Shown in pieces: positions 1 through 12,514 of a stretch of 64,000 nt of DNA. Within the stretch, counting starts at the first letter, position 1; every line of letters begins with the position of its first letter. A program made the translations under genes and the position numbers. Origin of the DNA: Octopus vulgaris (lineage: Eukaryota); the NCBI GenBank assembly GCA_951406725.2, contig OX597823.1, positions 42,656,001 to 42,720,000 of the forward strand. Reading direction: 5' to 3'. Under the pieces are notes generated by a model. The model did not search any database, had not been told where the DNA came from, and was given only the letters and a program-made list of their open reading frames with translations.

Positions 1-1693
1 GTTCTGTCACTATAATAAAGCTAAAGAGTGAAGGAGAAGGGAGATAAGAGCAGGAGAGGATCAAAAACCAGTCGCTTCGTGTTTTTATATTTTTATTGAG
101 AAGAAAAAGAAAGACATATTTAATAAGGAGAGGATTTAAAAAACAAACTATTCGATAAATTAACTATTTAACTTTTCGCTTATATCTTCGACGTCCGATC
201 CCTACAATACCCTTTTGTTAATATTTTCTGTCTATGAATATTCTCTCCATATTTTAGTTGCCTTTTTGTAGTTTGATGTAACATAAAAAGGAAAGAAAAA
301 GAACCGTAAATCTGGTTTTGAAAGAAGCCCCGCTTTAAAACTAAACTATAAATGAATGGTTTTAAGACCTTTTTTCTCTTATTTTCCATAAAATAGTTAT
401 ACTGCCGTAGCACAATAAAAGGAGTATAAAAGCAACGTTTCTCCGTTTTAAACACCTGTCTTTTTTTTTCTAAATTTATTATTCTATCATAGCATTATGA
501 AAATGCATGATACAGCAAGCTTCTCGAATATATTCCTTTTAAAAGAAGACAAAATATTTTTAAGCCCGATTTTCAGATTCTCGCCAAAAATCGTTCAAAA
601 TACGTTGTTTTGCTTTTAAGCTTTTCAGTCTCGTGACAATCAACGTATATGAACATACATACATACATACATACATACATACATACATACACACACACGC
701 AGACGTACACATCGATACATGTGTATGTGTGTGTGCGCGCGCCCGTGTGCGTGTGTGTTTGCGTGTGTGTGTGTGCGTGTATGCTTTCTTTTTCTCGTAA
801 TTTCGAATTACACTCTGCAGGCCACCTGCTTGGCTGCTTGGTAGCAAAGTCATGATGGAAAGCATGTGGTTTAGTTCATCACACTTTACATTTTAAAAAG
901 GTCTTGTACATTTTTATTGACCCAGATATCGTGATCACTTGTAGCGTATGAATTAAGTTGTTGCATTCGTATTCTGATAACCTAAGTTCAATCATATTTT
1001 GCTCCAGGCGGATTGGTACGTGTCCTGTTGGTCCAATAATAATAAGTATAAAACTGAAAGTATATCTTGGGTACTGGAAATGCAAACTCCTTATCAATGA
1101 CTCAGAGATGTTATCTTTCTTCTTTATTTTTCTGACTATACTGGTGTTTAAAGGGCAGTTGGTTTTCACAACAGAGAATATTTTTTCTCTTCTAACTAAT
1201 GTTAGGAAAATATGCCTGCATGTGTTTATGTATGTATGTATTTATGCGTACATGTATGTTTGTATGTATATATGTATGTATGCATGTATGTATGCATGCA
1301 TGCATGCATGCATGTATGTATGTATGTATGTATGTATGTATGTATGTATGTATGTATGTATGTATGTATGTATGAGGAACAGAACCCGTATGTAATAATG
1401 TACGTTGAAGTATATATAACAACGTATTTCGAATTCATTTGAATGTATTAAGATACTTTTGAATAATTTTACTAGAATACGAAAGGAACTTTGATTTAGC
1501 GTCTTTCGTCTCCCCTTGGCGTACCTCTTCTAATTTAATAAAGTCACTCAAAAGCTTTTGTAATACTTTGTATTACGATAGAATAGGCTTACGTGTACTT
1601 CTCATCCTGACATACATACATACATACATACATACATACATACATACATACATACACACATACATACATACATACGTACATACATACATACAT

Positions 1694-1726
<33 letters not shown>

Positions 1727-2561
1727 TATATTTACTTTGTAAACATGCTTCGGAAAACCCTTAGTTGGTGTAGACGATCAAATCTACTTGTACTTATTAC
1801 ATCATTTTCCCCCTGCCGAACCACTCAGTAACGGTTCAACTTGATCACAAAGACGCACACGCAAACTTATATTCACACATACATACATACATACATACAT
1901 ACATACATACATACATACATACATACATACATGCATACATACATACATATTTACATACATGCATACATACATATGAGTGTGTGTGTGTGTACACATACAT
2001 GTATATGAATGCATGATGTATATAAGTATGCATATAATTTTGAAATTGTATAGACTTGACTACAAACGGGTGAAGCTGCATACAACACCATATATGGTTC
2101 ATTGCTAAACCTCAAAATTATTTCAGTACAAAGTGAAATTTTTGTAGATCTATTGATGTAAAATTTCTCATCTAAATATAATTATTTCTCTCGTCTGCTG
2201 TAAGACTATTCCCTCTCATACATATATACATACTTTCTCTCTCTCCCATTATATATACAGATATATTCTGATGAGTGTGCGTGTATGTAAGTATATATTT
2301 GTATATATATGCAGACACACACCCGTGCAGACATGCGTGCATACTCACATATACAGTATGTGTATATTTCTGAATAAATACGTGTATACACATGTACAGT
2401 CATATTAGAGATAGAGACTTCTCTATCTCTAATACTTTCCCCTCATCTCTCTCTCCCTCTCTCTCTCTCTAGCTCGCTCTCTTTCTCTGTGTATAACACA
2501 CAGAAAGACATTGATAGATTCCTTTTATATATACACACACACACATGTATAGATACATACA

Positions 2562-2616
<55 letters not shown>

Positions 2617-3197
2617 GGTAGGAAAGCGGGAGTAGGGAGAGTGAGAGGGTACGTCAGTGAGGGAGAGTGTGGTAAGAGTGAGAAAGAGGCTAGGAGAGAG
2701 AAAATTTTGTATAATTTTTCTAACTTTATACACCTATGTATTCATTAGTGCTATGTACAAAGCGGAAATTCACATTCACAAACCTACATACGCACATACG
2801 CACACACGCTTATATGTATATACGTATGTATTGAATTTCTTTACAGCAGTCACAAGGTCAATTCTTCCTATTGGTAGGTTATACAGTCAATTGAATAGAA
2901 CCCGGTGTATTATTAGCACTTACATTATCGATTACAAAGTGATGAAAGACAATGTTGATCGGAGCTAAATTTGAATTCAAAAGAGTTTGTTTCGAACATG
3001 TCGCAGCGTATTATATGAGCCGTTATGCTGTTCTAACCTACATACCCCGTGCTTATATGTTTACGTTTTTTCGACAGTATGATGGAAATGAAACTTTTGC
3101 AGTTGAACGGAGACGGGAGTGGAATGATAGTAAAGAACCTAGCATCTTTTTTTTCTTAAAATGTATTCGTATCAGTATCATATAAAAAATCTCCTCA

Positions 3198-3536
3198 TAG
3201 GCGCAAGCATGACTGCGTGGTAAGATGGTTTGCTTCCCAATCACATGGTTCTGGGTTCAGTCCCACTGTGTAACATCTTGACCGAGTGTCTTGTCCTTTA
3301 GGCTCGGGTCGACCAAAGCCTCGAGAGAGTGGGTTTGATATTCAGAAACTGCAAGAAACCCGTCGTTTATAATGAGTGTGCGTTTGTGTTTCTCCCCCAC
3401 CGTCGCTTGACGACCGGTGTTGGTGTGTTTATGTCCCCGTAAATTGGTGGTTCGGCAAGAGACAGATTAAGTACCAGGCTAGAGCGTCGGGCCCGCAATC
3501 ACGAAGTAGTAAGTTTGATTCCCAGACCGGGCTCTA

Positions 3537-3614
<78 letters not shown>

Positions 3615-3937
3615 GTTCTTGATCAAGACACTTTATTTTACGTTACTCCACTTCACTCAGCTGTAGAAATGTGTTGCGAAGTCACTGGTGCCAAGCTGTA
3701 TCGGCCTTTGCCTTTCTCTTGGATAGCATCGGTAGCATGGAGAGGGGATGCTGGTATGAATGGTCGACTGTTGGTCTTCTATAAACAACTTTGCCCGGAC
3801 TTGTGCTTGAGAGGAGAAACTTGTAGGTGCAATCCCATGATAATTTACTTTACTTAATCGGGTCGATAAGTTCGATTAAAATTCCTTAAGGCAGTGAATC
3901 AGCGTGGCCGCAGTCTATTGAGAGAAACAAGTACAAG
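3198..3937 (+). mobile_element. tRNA-derived SINE, family A (label mine), interrupted at ~3480-3845 by a family-B SINE
   Basis: Head GCATGACTGCGTGGTAAG...GGTTCTGGGTTCAGTCCCACTG and body CGACCAAAGCC...GAAACTG...GAAACCCGTCG. The tail GCGTGGCCGCAGTC...GAAACAAGTA resumes at ~3860. The same sequence recurs in the window (13150-13530 -, 19995-20160 -, 44580-44800 -, 49030-49200 +, 51700-51830 -, 59410-59820 -). Confidence 0.85.
3480..3845 (+). mobile_element. tRNA-derived SINE, family B, carrying an internal (TG)n tract
   Basis: Matches the copies at 20211-20510 and 57542-57876 (CACTCAGCTGTAGAAATG...GGTGCCAAGCTGTATCG...GCCCGGACTTGTG...AGGTGCAATCCCATG). Confidence 0.85.
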
Positions 3938-4187
3938 ATATGTGCATATCCGTATATATACATTAATGTATGTAGCCACAAACAGACACACATACACGTA
4001 ACTTCTTTCACGCGCATGACTTGACAGTGAGTCAATTATGCATATACGCACTTCCCACAACTTCAAAATTTCTGCGAGTATCATCATCCGCTGTCATTAA
4101 GTGTATGTGTATATTTCTGAATAAATACGTGTATACTCATGTACAGTCATATTGTTATAGAGACTTCTCTATCTCTAATACTTTTCA

Positions 4188-4231
<44 letters not shown>

Positions 4232-4301
4232 CACACAAAGAAAGAAAGACATTGATAGATTCCTTTTATACACACACACATGTATAGATGCATACATGTA
4301 T

Positions 4302-4351
<50 letters not shown>

Positions 4352-4584
4352 GTGGGTAGGAAAGAGTAGGTAGGGAGAGAGAGAGGTACGTCAGTGAGGG
4401 AGAGTGTGGTAAGAGTGAAAAAGAGGTTAGGAGAGGGGCTACCACAAATTCACTCACAAGGCTATAGTTGCTGACGCTTACTCAAGGTGCTGCGCAATGC
4501 GACAGAACCTGAAACCACGTGTTTGCAAAGCGACCTTCTCAGCCACACAACCATGCCTACCCATGCATATAATATGTAGTCATT

Positions 4585-5420
4585 AAGGTGGGGAGCTAGT
4601 AGAATCTTTAGCTCGCTGAACAAAAATGTTTAGCGCTGTTTCTGATATTACGTTCTGAGTTCAAATTCCGCCGAGGTGGACTTTATCTTTCATCCTTCGA
4701 TTTCAATAAAATAAGTACCATTTGAGCACTATAATCATTAAATCAGCTTAGTCCCATCCCAGAAATTGCTGGCCTATTGCCAAAATTTGAAACTAATATT
4801 GTTATCCACTGTCATTAAAGCGGTGAACTAGCAGAATCTTTTACCCGCTGAACAAAAATGCTTAGCGTTATTTCTGATTTTGCGTTCTGAGTTCAAGTTG
4901 CGCCGTGATCAACTTAGCCTTTCAAACTTTCGAGCGCGGTAAAATCAAGTACCATGGTTGGTGTTATCGACAAGCTCCGTCCCTAAAACTTTCAGGCCTT
5001 GTACCTTTACTAGAAAGATTTATCATTAAGGTGGTAAACTGGCAGAATCGTTAGAATATCGGACAAAACGCTTATCGGCATTTCTTCCAGCTTAACGTTG
5101 TGATTTCAAATTACGTTGCAGTCAGCTTTGCTTTTCATCTTTTGAGAGTCAATGAAATAAATACTGAGGTCGATGAAACTGACTTCCCTATTCTCTTTAA
5201 AAAAGCTGCTGTCTTTATGCCGCAATGAGAAAGGAATATTGCCCGTTCTTTTTGTGGAGACGCTACAGTGTGAAACGATGCACTGCAGTATCAGGCTACG
5301 TCGCATAGTACATTTTGAGTTCAAATAACATCTTTGCCTTTGATCCGATAAAATTAAATAGCAGTCGAGTACTATGGTCGATGCGGTCACCTAACCTCCT
5401 CCCCTCAAATATTGTCCGGT
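4585..5420 (+). mobile_element. Head-to-tail cluster of about four decayed family-C SINEs
   Basis: The motif ...GCAGAATC...AAAATGCTTAGCG...CGTTCTGAGTTCAAATT...CTTTCATCC...AAGTACCA repeats at ~4585, 4818, 5028 and 5310. Confidence 0.8.
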
Positions 5421-5998
5421 TGTCAAGTAGTAGTAGTAGTAGTATTAGTAGGAAGAGAAATAGAAATAGAAATACATACACACACATATATATATATACA
5501 TACATATTAAATATATATGTTATACAGATACCTGTACACCCCACCAACACACACACATATATAAACGTGGGGCTACAACACAGTTTCCATCTAAGAAATT
5601 CACTCACAAGGCAGTCATTTACTCAAGATGCTGCGCAGTGCGACTGAACCTGAAACCATGTGGTTGCAAAACGACCTTCTCAGCTACACAACCATGCCTA
5701 CTCATGCATATAATATGCAGGGTCGAGATCAGGGTACGCATCATTCTCGTATAGCCCAACACTGTGTGCTTCTTCTTCAAGTCGCCAGTATATATTCACA
5801 ATTCCTATTCCTAAAATGAAAGCCCTCCTTTCCAGTTTTGTCCAACAATATCCTTCAGGCATCATCCTCATTGCACCAGCTGGAAACCGCTGTTGAAGAA
5901 TTATAATTAATTCACTTACAAATAATATATATATATATATATATAATGATTAGGTTTGATAGTGCAAGCAGGGAAAAGAGCTCAAACCATGAGTGTAA

Positions 5999-6092
<94 letters not shown>

Positions 6093-6100
6093 CATCCATC

Positions 6101-6386
6101 TACGAGGGACGTTCAATAAGTAATGTCCCTGACCCACTTGCAGTTGTTTGATCTAGCTGAAATTTTGCATGTGCAATTATTTATATCTCAATAGATTAAG
6201 TGGCAAATTACAGCTCTGAACTAATTGTGGTTTCTGATTTGCAGGTGTTTGAACTGAGTCAAGTGTGAAATGGAGCCTGTTGAGTGTCGTGCAGTGATCC
6301 GGTTTTTGTATTTGAAAGGACGCACACCACAGGAGACTTTTTATGAAATGAAAGTAACTTATGGTGATGATGCCCCATATATTTAA
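6101..6386 (+). mobile_element. Mariner transposon 5' fragment (TIR plus transposase N-terminus), truncated
   Basis: Starts TACGAGGG, a mariner-type end. ATG at 6270 reads MEPVECRAVIRFLYLKGRTPQETFYEMKVTYGDDAPY, matching the mariner N-terminal RAVIxFL...YGD pattern. Confidence 0.85.
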
Positions 6387-7279
6387 ATGTATATATAAAT
6401 GTATATATGTATATGTATGTATATGTACATATATGTATGTATGGATACTTTGTTGATTGTTTATATGTAGGAAAGCAAGTATGTGGGTTAGCATGATCTC
6501 CCCCGCCTCCCTCCCAAACAATTATAAAAATTACGTCTCTATCAACAAATATTCCAGAACTAACCTTATATTTCCTTCTCTCTCCTATTATCCCCTTTTT
6601 ATCTGAAGTCAATTATCTTACATCTCGTTAATCAACACCCACCCCCCAACACACACCTAACCCCATCTTTAACACAGAAAATTACTGGAGCTTCTCTTTA
6701 TGAAATTAAGATAGTTGATTTCAGCCGTAACAGAATTTGATTAACATCTGACCATCGTATCTTTCGCCAAAGGTCAAGTATTCAAATGGAACCAGCAGGA
6801 GGGCACTTTCACAAGCCCTTCACATAACACACTTTAAACACTCCACCACCTCCTGACTCCACTCTCGATCAATTATCTTGTTTTTACCATTCACTATTTC
6901 CTTTCAGCTCTTGTTCATCAACACTACTCCACTCCCATAATTATTCGCAAACCTCAGTCCCACCCCAGACACACTTAGATCTCTTATATTTAGAATCTTA
7001 CAGCACAACGCAACCTGAGCTCGGGGTGACAATCGACGAATGCGAGAGTTATCTCCTGAAAAGTTCATGGGGAATCTTTAAAAAATCTCCCCACCGAAGT
7101 TAACCAAGAACTTACTAGATCTAAAAACCAAACTGTAAAATTATATTAGAAAATTAAATTGATTAAAACTACCAGTGAAGCCATTCTTTTCCTTTTTCAA
7201 ATATACCTAACTGTACCAAGGATCTCACACATTTTCCAGTACATATATATATATGTTTATATTCTGCAGATGACGGTGT

Positions 7280-8210
7280 GGTGTAGGGGTGAATGTGGGT
7301 GTGGAGTATGTGGGAGTGGGGTGGGTGAAGTTTGGTATCAATGAAGAGAGAAGGTGGTTAGGAGTGAAGAGAGGAGAGGAGGGGAGTCAGATGAAAAGAG
7401 GCGGGGAGTTGAGCGCATGTTCTTCTCCATGGAGAGGGCTGGAGTCCGGATGGCCCCGTGCAAAGACAATCCGAACACAGGTGTTGTAGTGAATGACTGG
7501 CAGAGCAGAAATGACACGAGACAGGGGTGTCATTGCAAAGTCTGATGTCTCGGAGGTGCTCTGCGAACCAGTCAGTAAAGAAGTGTCTCGTTTGATCGAT
7601 TTACAGAGAAGGGCAGAAAGAGCAGGCGATGCAGTAAATGACGTTGCTAGAAGTGCAGGTAAAGGAGTTGGTGATATGATAGGGACGATGATGATGCCAG
7701 TGAGGTTGGCGGTGTTGGAGAGGTAGATTTGGCAGAAACGTTAGAACGCCGGGTGAAATGCTTAGCGGTATTTCGTCTGCCGTTACGTTCTGAGTTCAAA
7801 TTACGCCGAGGTCGACTTTACCTTTCATCCTTTCGGGGTCGATTAAATGAGTACCAGTTACACACTGGGGTCGATAAAATCGACTTAATCCATTTGTCTG
7901 TCCCTGTTTGTCCCCTCTGTATTTAGCCCCGAGTGGGTAGTAAAGAAATATGTGTTGGAGAGGTAGTGCAAGTGCGGCAGTGTGGGTGGGAGCAGGGGAA
8001 TCAGTCAGAAAGGGAGGTGGGGTTAAGGAAGAAACTGTGGACCGAGAGATCACGCGGGTTGTGGGCTCGTTTGAAAGAGACGAGTGAGATTTGCAAGATG
8101 GAGGGATCGGACTGGAGTCGCCGAAAGGCACGGAGAATGGTACGTTGGAGAGGCAGGGTGGAGAGTGGTAGATGAGGCGAAACGGAAGATGGGCAACGGT
8201 GGGGCAGGTG
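7280..8210 (-). mobile_element. Penelope-like element 3' part (GIY-YIG endonuclease), decayed and split by a SINE
   Basis: Minus-strand translation: ...PLQRTILRAFRRLQSDPS...SFKRAHNPRDLSVHS...FPCSHPHCRTC and YHITNSFTCTSSNVIYCIACSFCPSL*IDQTRH...FAEHLRDIR...PVSCHF. This is the PLE CxxC-linker plus GIY-YIG pattern. Confidence 0.85.
7727..7951 (+). mobile_element. Family-C SINE with a 15-bp target-site duplication
   Basis: Near-consensus copy flanked by GTGTTGGAGAGGTAG at 7712-7726 and 7952-7966. Confidence 0.92.
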
Positions 8211-8294
8211 CTATTCCGCCAATCTCCGCCAATCTTACTCTATCTCCGCCTATCTCACTCTCTCCCAGGTGTTTTAAAACCCAGCATTACTAGG

Positions 8295-9826
8295 AAATCT
8301 CCCAAAATGTTATTCCGCATTTTTGAAAATTTTTCACAAAAGTTTTTGAAAATATTCCCAAAATATTTTGGAAAATTTTCCCTAAAAATTTTTGAAAGTT
8401 TTCCCTAAAAATTTTTGAAAATATTTCCCAAAATTTTTCGGAAATTTTTCAAAAAATTTTTGAAAATTATCCCCAAAAAGTTTTGCTAAATTTCCCCCAA
8501 AATTTTTGTAAATTTTCCTCAAAAATTTTTGAAAAATTTTTGAAAATTTTTCCCAAAAATTTTCGGAAACTTTTCCCAAAATTTTAAAAACTTTTTCCCA
8601 AAAATTATTGAAAATTTTCCTCAAAATTCTTTGAAAATTTTTGAAAATATTTCGCCAAAATTTTTGAAAATTCTCCTCAAAAATTTTTGAAATTTTCCTA
8701 AAAAATTTTTTTTTAACTTTTGAAAATTTTTCCCAAAAATTTTATAAATTTTCCTCAAAAATTTTTGAAAATTTTTCCCAAAAATTTTTGGAAACTTTTC
8801 CCAAATTTTTTAAACTTTTTCCCAAAAATTTTTGAAAATTTTCCTAAAAAATTTTTGAAAATCTTCTGTAAAAATTTATGAAAATTTTCCTGAAAAATTT
8901 TTGAAAACGTTCTAAAAATTTTCCTGAAAAATTTTCGCCAAAATTTTAAAAAATTTTCCTTAAAAATTTTTGAAAACTTTTTGAAAATTTTTCCCAAAAA
9001 TTTTTGGAAACTTTTCCCAAATTTTTTAAACTTTTTCCCAAAAATTTTTGAAAATTTTCCTAAAAAATTTTTGAAAATCTTCTGTAAAAATTTATGAAAA
9101 TTTTCCTGAAAAATTTTTGAAAACGTTCTAAAAATTTTCCTGAAAAATTTTCGCCAAAATTTTAAAAAATTTTCCTTAAAAATTTTTGAAAACTTTTTGA
9201 AAATTTTCCTCTAAAAATTTTTGGAATATTTTTGAAAATTTTTCCCAAAAAGTTTTGAAAAATTTTGAAAAACTTTTGAAAAATTTTGCCAAAAGCACAT
9301 GAAATTTTTCCACAAAAACTTTTGAAAATTTTCCACAAAAATTTTTTGAAAATTTTCCACAAAAATTTTTGAAAATTTTCCTCAAAAATATTCTTAAAAT
9401 TTTAGAAAAATTTTCCCAAAACCTTTTGAAATTTTTGGAAATTTTCCTCAAATTTTCCTTGAAAATTTTTCCCAAAAATTTTAGGAAACTTTTCTAAAAT
9501 TTTTGAAAAATGTTCCCAAAAATGTTTGAGAATTTTCCTCAAAAATTTTAGAAAAACTTTTGAAAATTTTAGCCCAAAATTTTTGAAATTTTTCTTAAAA
9601 ATTTTTGAAAATTTTCCTCAAAAACATTTAAAAAATTTTTGAAAAATTTTCCCAAAACCTTTTGAAATCTTTAAAAAATTTTCCTAAAATATTTATGAAA
9701 ATTTTTCCCCAATATCTTTTGAAATTTTTTCTCAAATTTTTGGAAACTTTCCCCACATAATTTTGAAAAATTTTGGAAAATATTTAGGGAAAATTTTCAA
9801 AAAATTTTGGGGAAATTTTTGAAATT
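8295..9826. repeat. A/T-tract satellite (AAAATTTT-rich, ~11/22-bp period) with an internal ~216-bp exact duplication
   Basis: Units such as AAAATTTTTG/AAAATTTTCCC. The block at ~8770-8985 is repeated at ~8986-9200 (GAAACTTTTC at 8791 and 9007). Confidence 0.95.
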
Positions 9827-10786
9827 TACCGCAATTTTCCGGAATTTGTCGGAATTTGCCGGAGGTTGCCAGAATTTGCCGGAATTTAACGGTGATAGCC
9901 GGGGATTGTCGTAGATTGCCGGAAATGGCCCGAGTTTGCCGAAATTTGCCGGAGATTGCCGGAGATTACCGGAGATCACCGGAGTTTGCTGGAATTTGCC
10001 GGAGATTACCGGATTTTGACGGAGATTGCCGGAGTTTTCCGGAAATTGCCGGAGATTACCAGAATTTGCCGGAATTTGCCGGAGATAACCGAAATTTGCC
10101 GGAATTTACCGCAATTTGACGGAGTTTGTCGGAAATTGCGGGAGGTTGCCGGAATTTGCCGGAATTTACCGGAGATTGCCGGAGATTGTCGCAGATTGCT
10201 GAAATGGCTCGAGTTTGCCGGAATTTGCCGGAGATTGCCGGAGTTTGCCGGAATTTGCCGGTAATTCCCGGAATTTGCCGGTGATTGCCGGAGTTTGCTG
10301 GAGATTGCCGGAAATTGCTAGAATTTACATAAATTTGCCGGAGATTGCCGGAATTTTCCGGAATGTACCGGAATTTGTTGGAGATTACCGGAGTTTGCAG
10401 GAAATTGCCGGCGTTTGCCGGAATTTGCCGGAGAATACCGGAATTTACAGGAATTCGCCGGAATATGCCGGAGATTACCGGAATTTGCCGCAAGTTGCCG
10501 GTGTTTTCCGAAAATTGCCGGAGTTTGCCGGAATTTGTCGGAGATTACCGAAATTAACTGGAATTTGCCGGAATTTGCCGGAGATTGCCGGAAATCGGCG
10601 GAGTTTTCCGGAGATTACCGGAGTTTGCCGGAATCTACCGGAATTTGCCGGAATTTACTGGAGATTATCGGAGATTGGCGGAGTTTGCCGGAAATTGCCG
10701 GAAGTTGCCGTAGATTACCGGAAATTGCTGGAATTTGCCGCATATTACCGGAGACAACCGGAGATAGCCGGAGATTACCGGCGATT
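9827..10786. repeat. 10-bp minisatellite (GCCGGAATTT / GCCGGAGATT), ~95 units
   Basis: Direct reading of a strict 10-bp period with a CCGG core. Confidence 0.97.
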
Positions 10787-11267
10787 ATCAAACTACTAAG
10801 AAAGAATGTTCTCCAGAGAAAATTCAGCGGTTTTAAATTGATATTAATTAAATTAATATTTAAATGTTAAAATAATCGTTCTCTAATAGGCATTATTAAC
10901 TGCAGTACATTATTTGCTGCAGAATTTGTTTCCAGAATTTAGCGCGCCAGAACTCAGACATTTGAAATTAACCCCAATGTAATCTGTAGAACTAAGCACG
11001 TGTCTGGTTTTATACAGAAAACTGGTGGTTAGTTTTACAAATTATATTGCTTTTGGAACGATCGTACTGATGAATCTACGGACGAAGGATTACGTAAGTA
11101 ATTTATTCGGTGATAGACGAAATCGGTATACGATTAATTCTTGATTTTTATATGTTCTGGTGTCCGCTGAATTTTTATATGTTCTGGTGTCCGCTGGAGA
11201 ACATTCTTTCTTTGTAGTTTGATCGTATGTGATCTACTTCTAGCATATGGCTGTCCACCTAGTGGTT
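10787..11267. mobile_element. Palindromic non-autonomous element (probably Penelope-derived) carrying a hammerhead fold
   Basis: 30-bp inverted arms at 10787-10816 and 11194-11223 (1 mismatch). The right arm extends into sequence shared with the hairpin element at 23827-23963. Confidence 0.7.
11061..11134 (+). ncRNA. Minimal type I hammerhead ribozyme motif, slightly degenerate
   Basis: ATCGTA-CTGATGA-ATCTA...TAGAC-GAAA-TCGG-TA-TACGAT: perfect 6-bp stem I, canonical CUGAUGA and GAAA boxes, a minimal stem III and a GUA site. Confidence 0.7.
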
Positions 11268-12470
11268 TTTAGCCCTAAATACACACACACACACATATAT
11301 ATATATAAATATTATTGCTGTATGCATGTATGTGCCTCACATTGGAACTCGGACCATACCATTACGGATCTAGCTCTGAATCTCCCTGCTATGCTTGTAT
11401 TTATACATACTTTAGCGGATTTTCAAAAAGTAATTAATCATTGTTTTTCAAACTAATTGGTGATTATGTTTTTACTGCTTTCCTTATCTGCCAATCCTAG
11501 CAACAGTGACAGATTGCAATTAACCCATTGAGTCAAAGTACAAACAACAACAATAATAATCACATTAACGACAGCAGCAACAGCAACCACAACAACAGCA
11601 ACAACATCGACGGCAATAACAGCAACAACTAACCAAAACACTGGCAAGCAATCACCTGAGTTGTTTTCCTTAACAGCCACCCAGTTTCCGTTAGTGCACG
11701 AAACATGACTGAAAATGTGTGTAACCGAAGCATATCACATCTCTGTATTCTTTCAAACATGTTCTGAAAATGAAACAAGCCCCAAGTAGTCATAATTAAT
11801 TATAGAATGCTTTGAAGACAACTTTCTTCAGGTGTTTTTCTATCTTCAAAGAAATAAACAAAGTTATTTCTTACATTTATTTCTTTTACTTCCTTGTTTT
11901 TCCTTTATTATTCATCGTTTCTCTCTTTTTATCTTTTAACATTTTCACCTTTCCCTCATCTCACGTTTCTATTTTTATTATTTTAAACACCCTCTCCACT
12001 CCACTCCCGTTTCTTTATTCCAAGTAATTTCTCCTCACACTCCTACTCTTTTACTTTGTCTGTCTTATCAGATGGAAATATTTTATTTAAGACATCCCAT
12101 AAGTGACCCAGACTTTATCATTATCTATTTACAGCAACGCTTCTCGCAAGCTCTGAGTAGCAGTTTTGTTAATTAAAGTGACTCTTGTTTTCTCCTCAAA
12201 AGTTGGTCACTAAGCCAATTTTCTGTAAATTTGATTAAGATACATTTATTCATGAGAAGTTATGTGCACTTTTTATTATTATTGAATTCAGCTCTCTATT
12301 CATAGAAAAAAAGACAGTTATATTTAACGTTTCTTCCAGGCATGGTTGTCATTGCCAAATTTATCGTGAGAAACCTAGTTTCCCAAAACTATTCATTTAA
12401 CTCAAGAATCTCTTTCTTTATTACTATCTTGATTAAAATGTAATCGTTACTGAGGCAGCTTTTATCAGCA

Positions 12471-12514
<44 letters not shown>

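Noticed and set aside
8295-10786. CRISPR-like or telomeric array
   Set aside because: No unique spacers, no cas genes and no TTAGGG; the context is eukaryotic.
9797-10870. Long ORFs (PEFAGICR repeats) on both strands
   Set aside because: By-products of a 10-bp repeat lacking stop codons, open in several frames.
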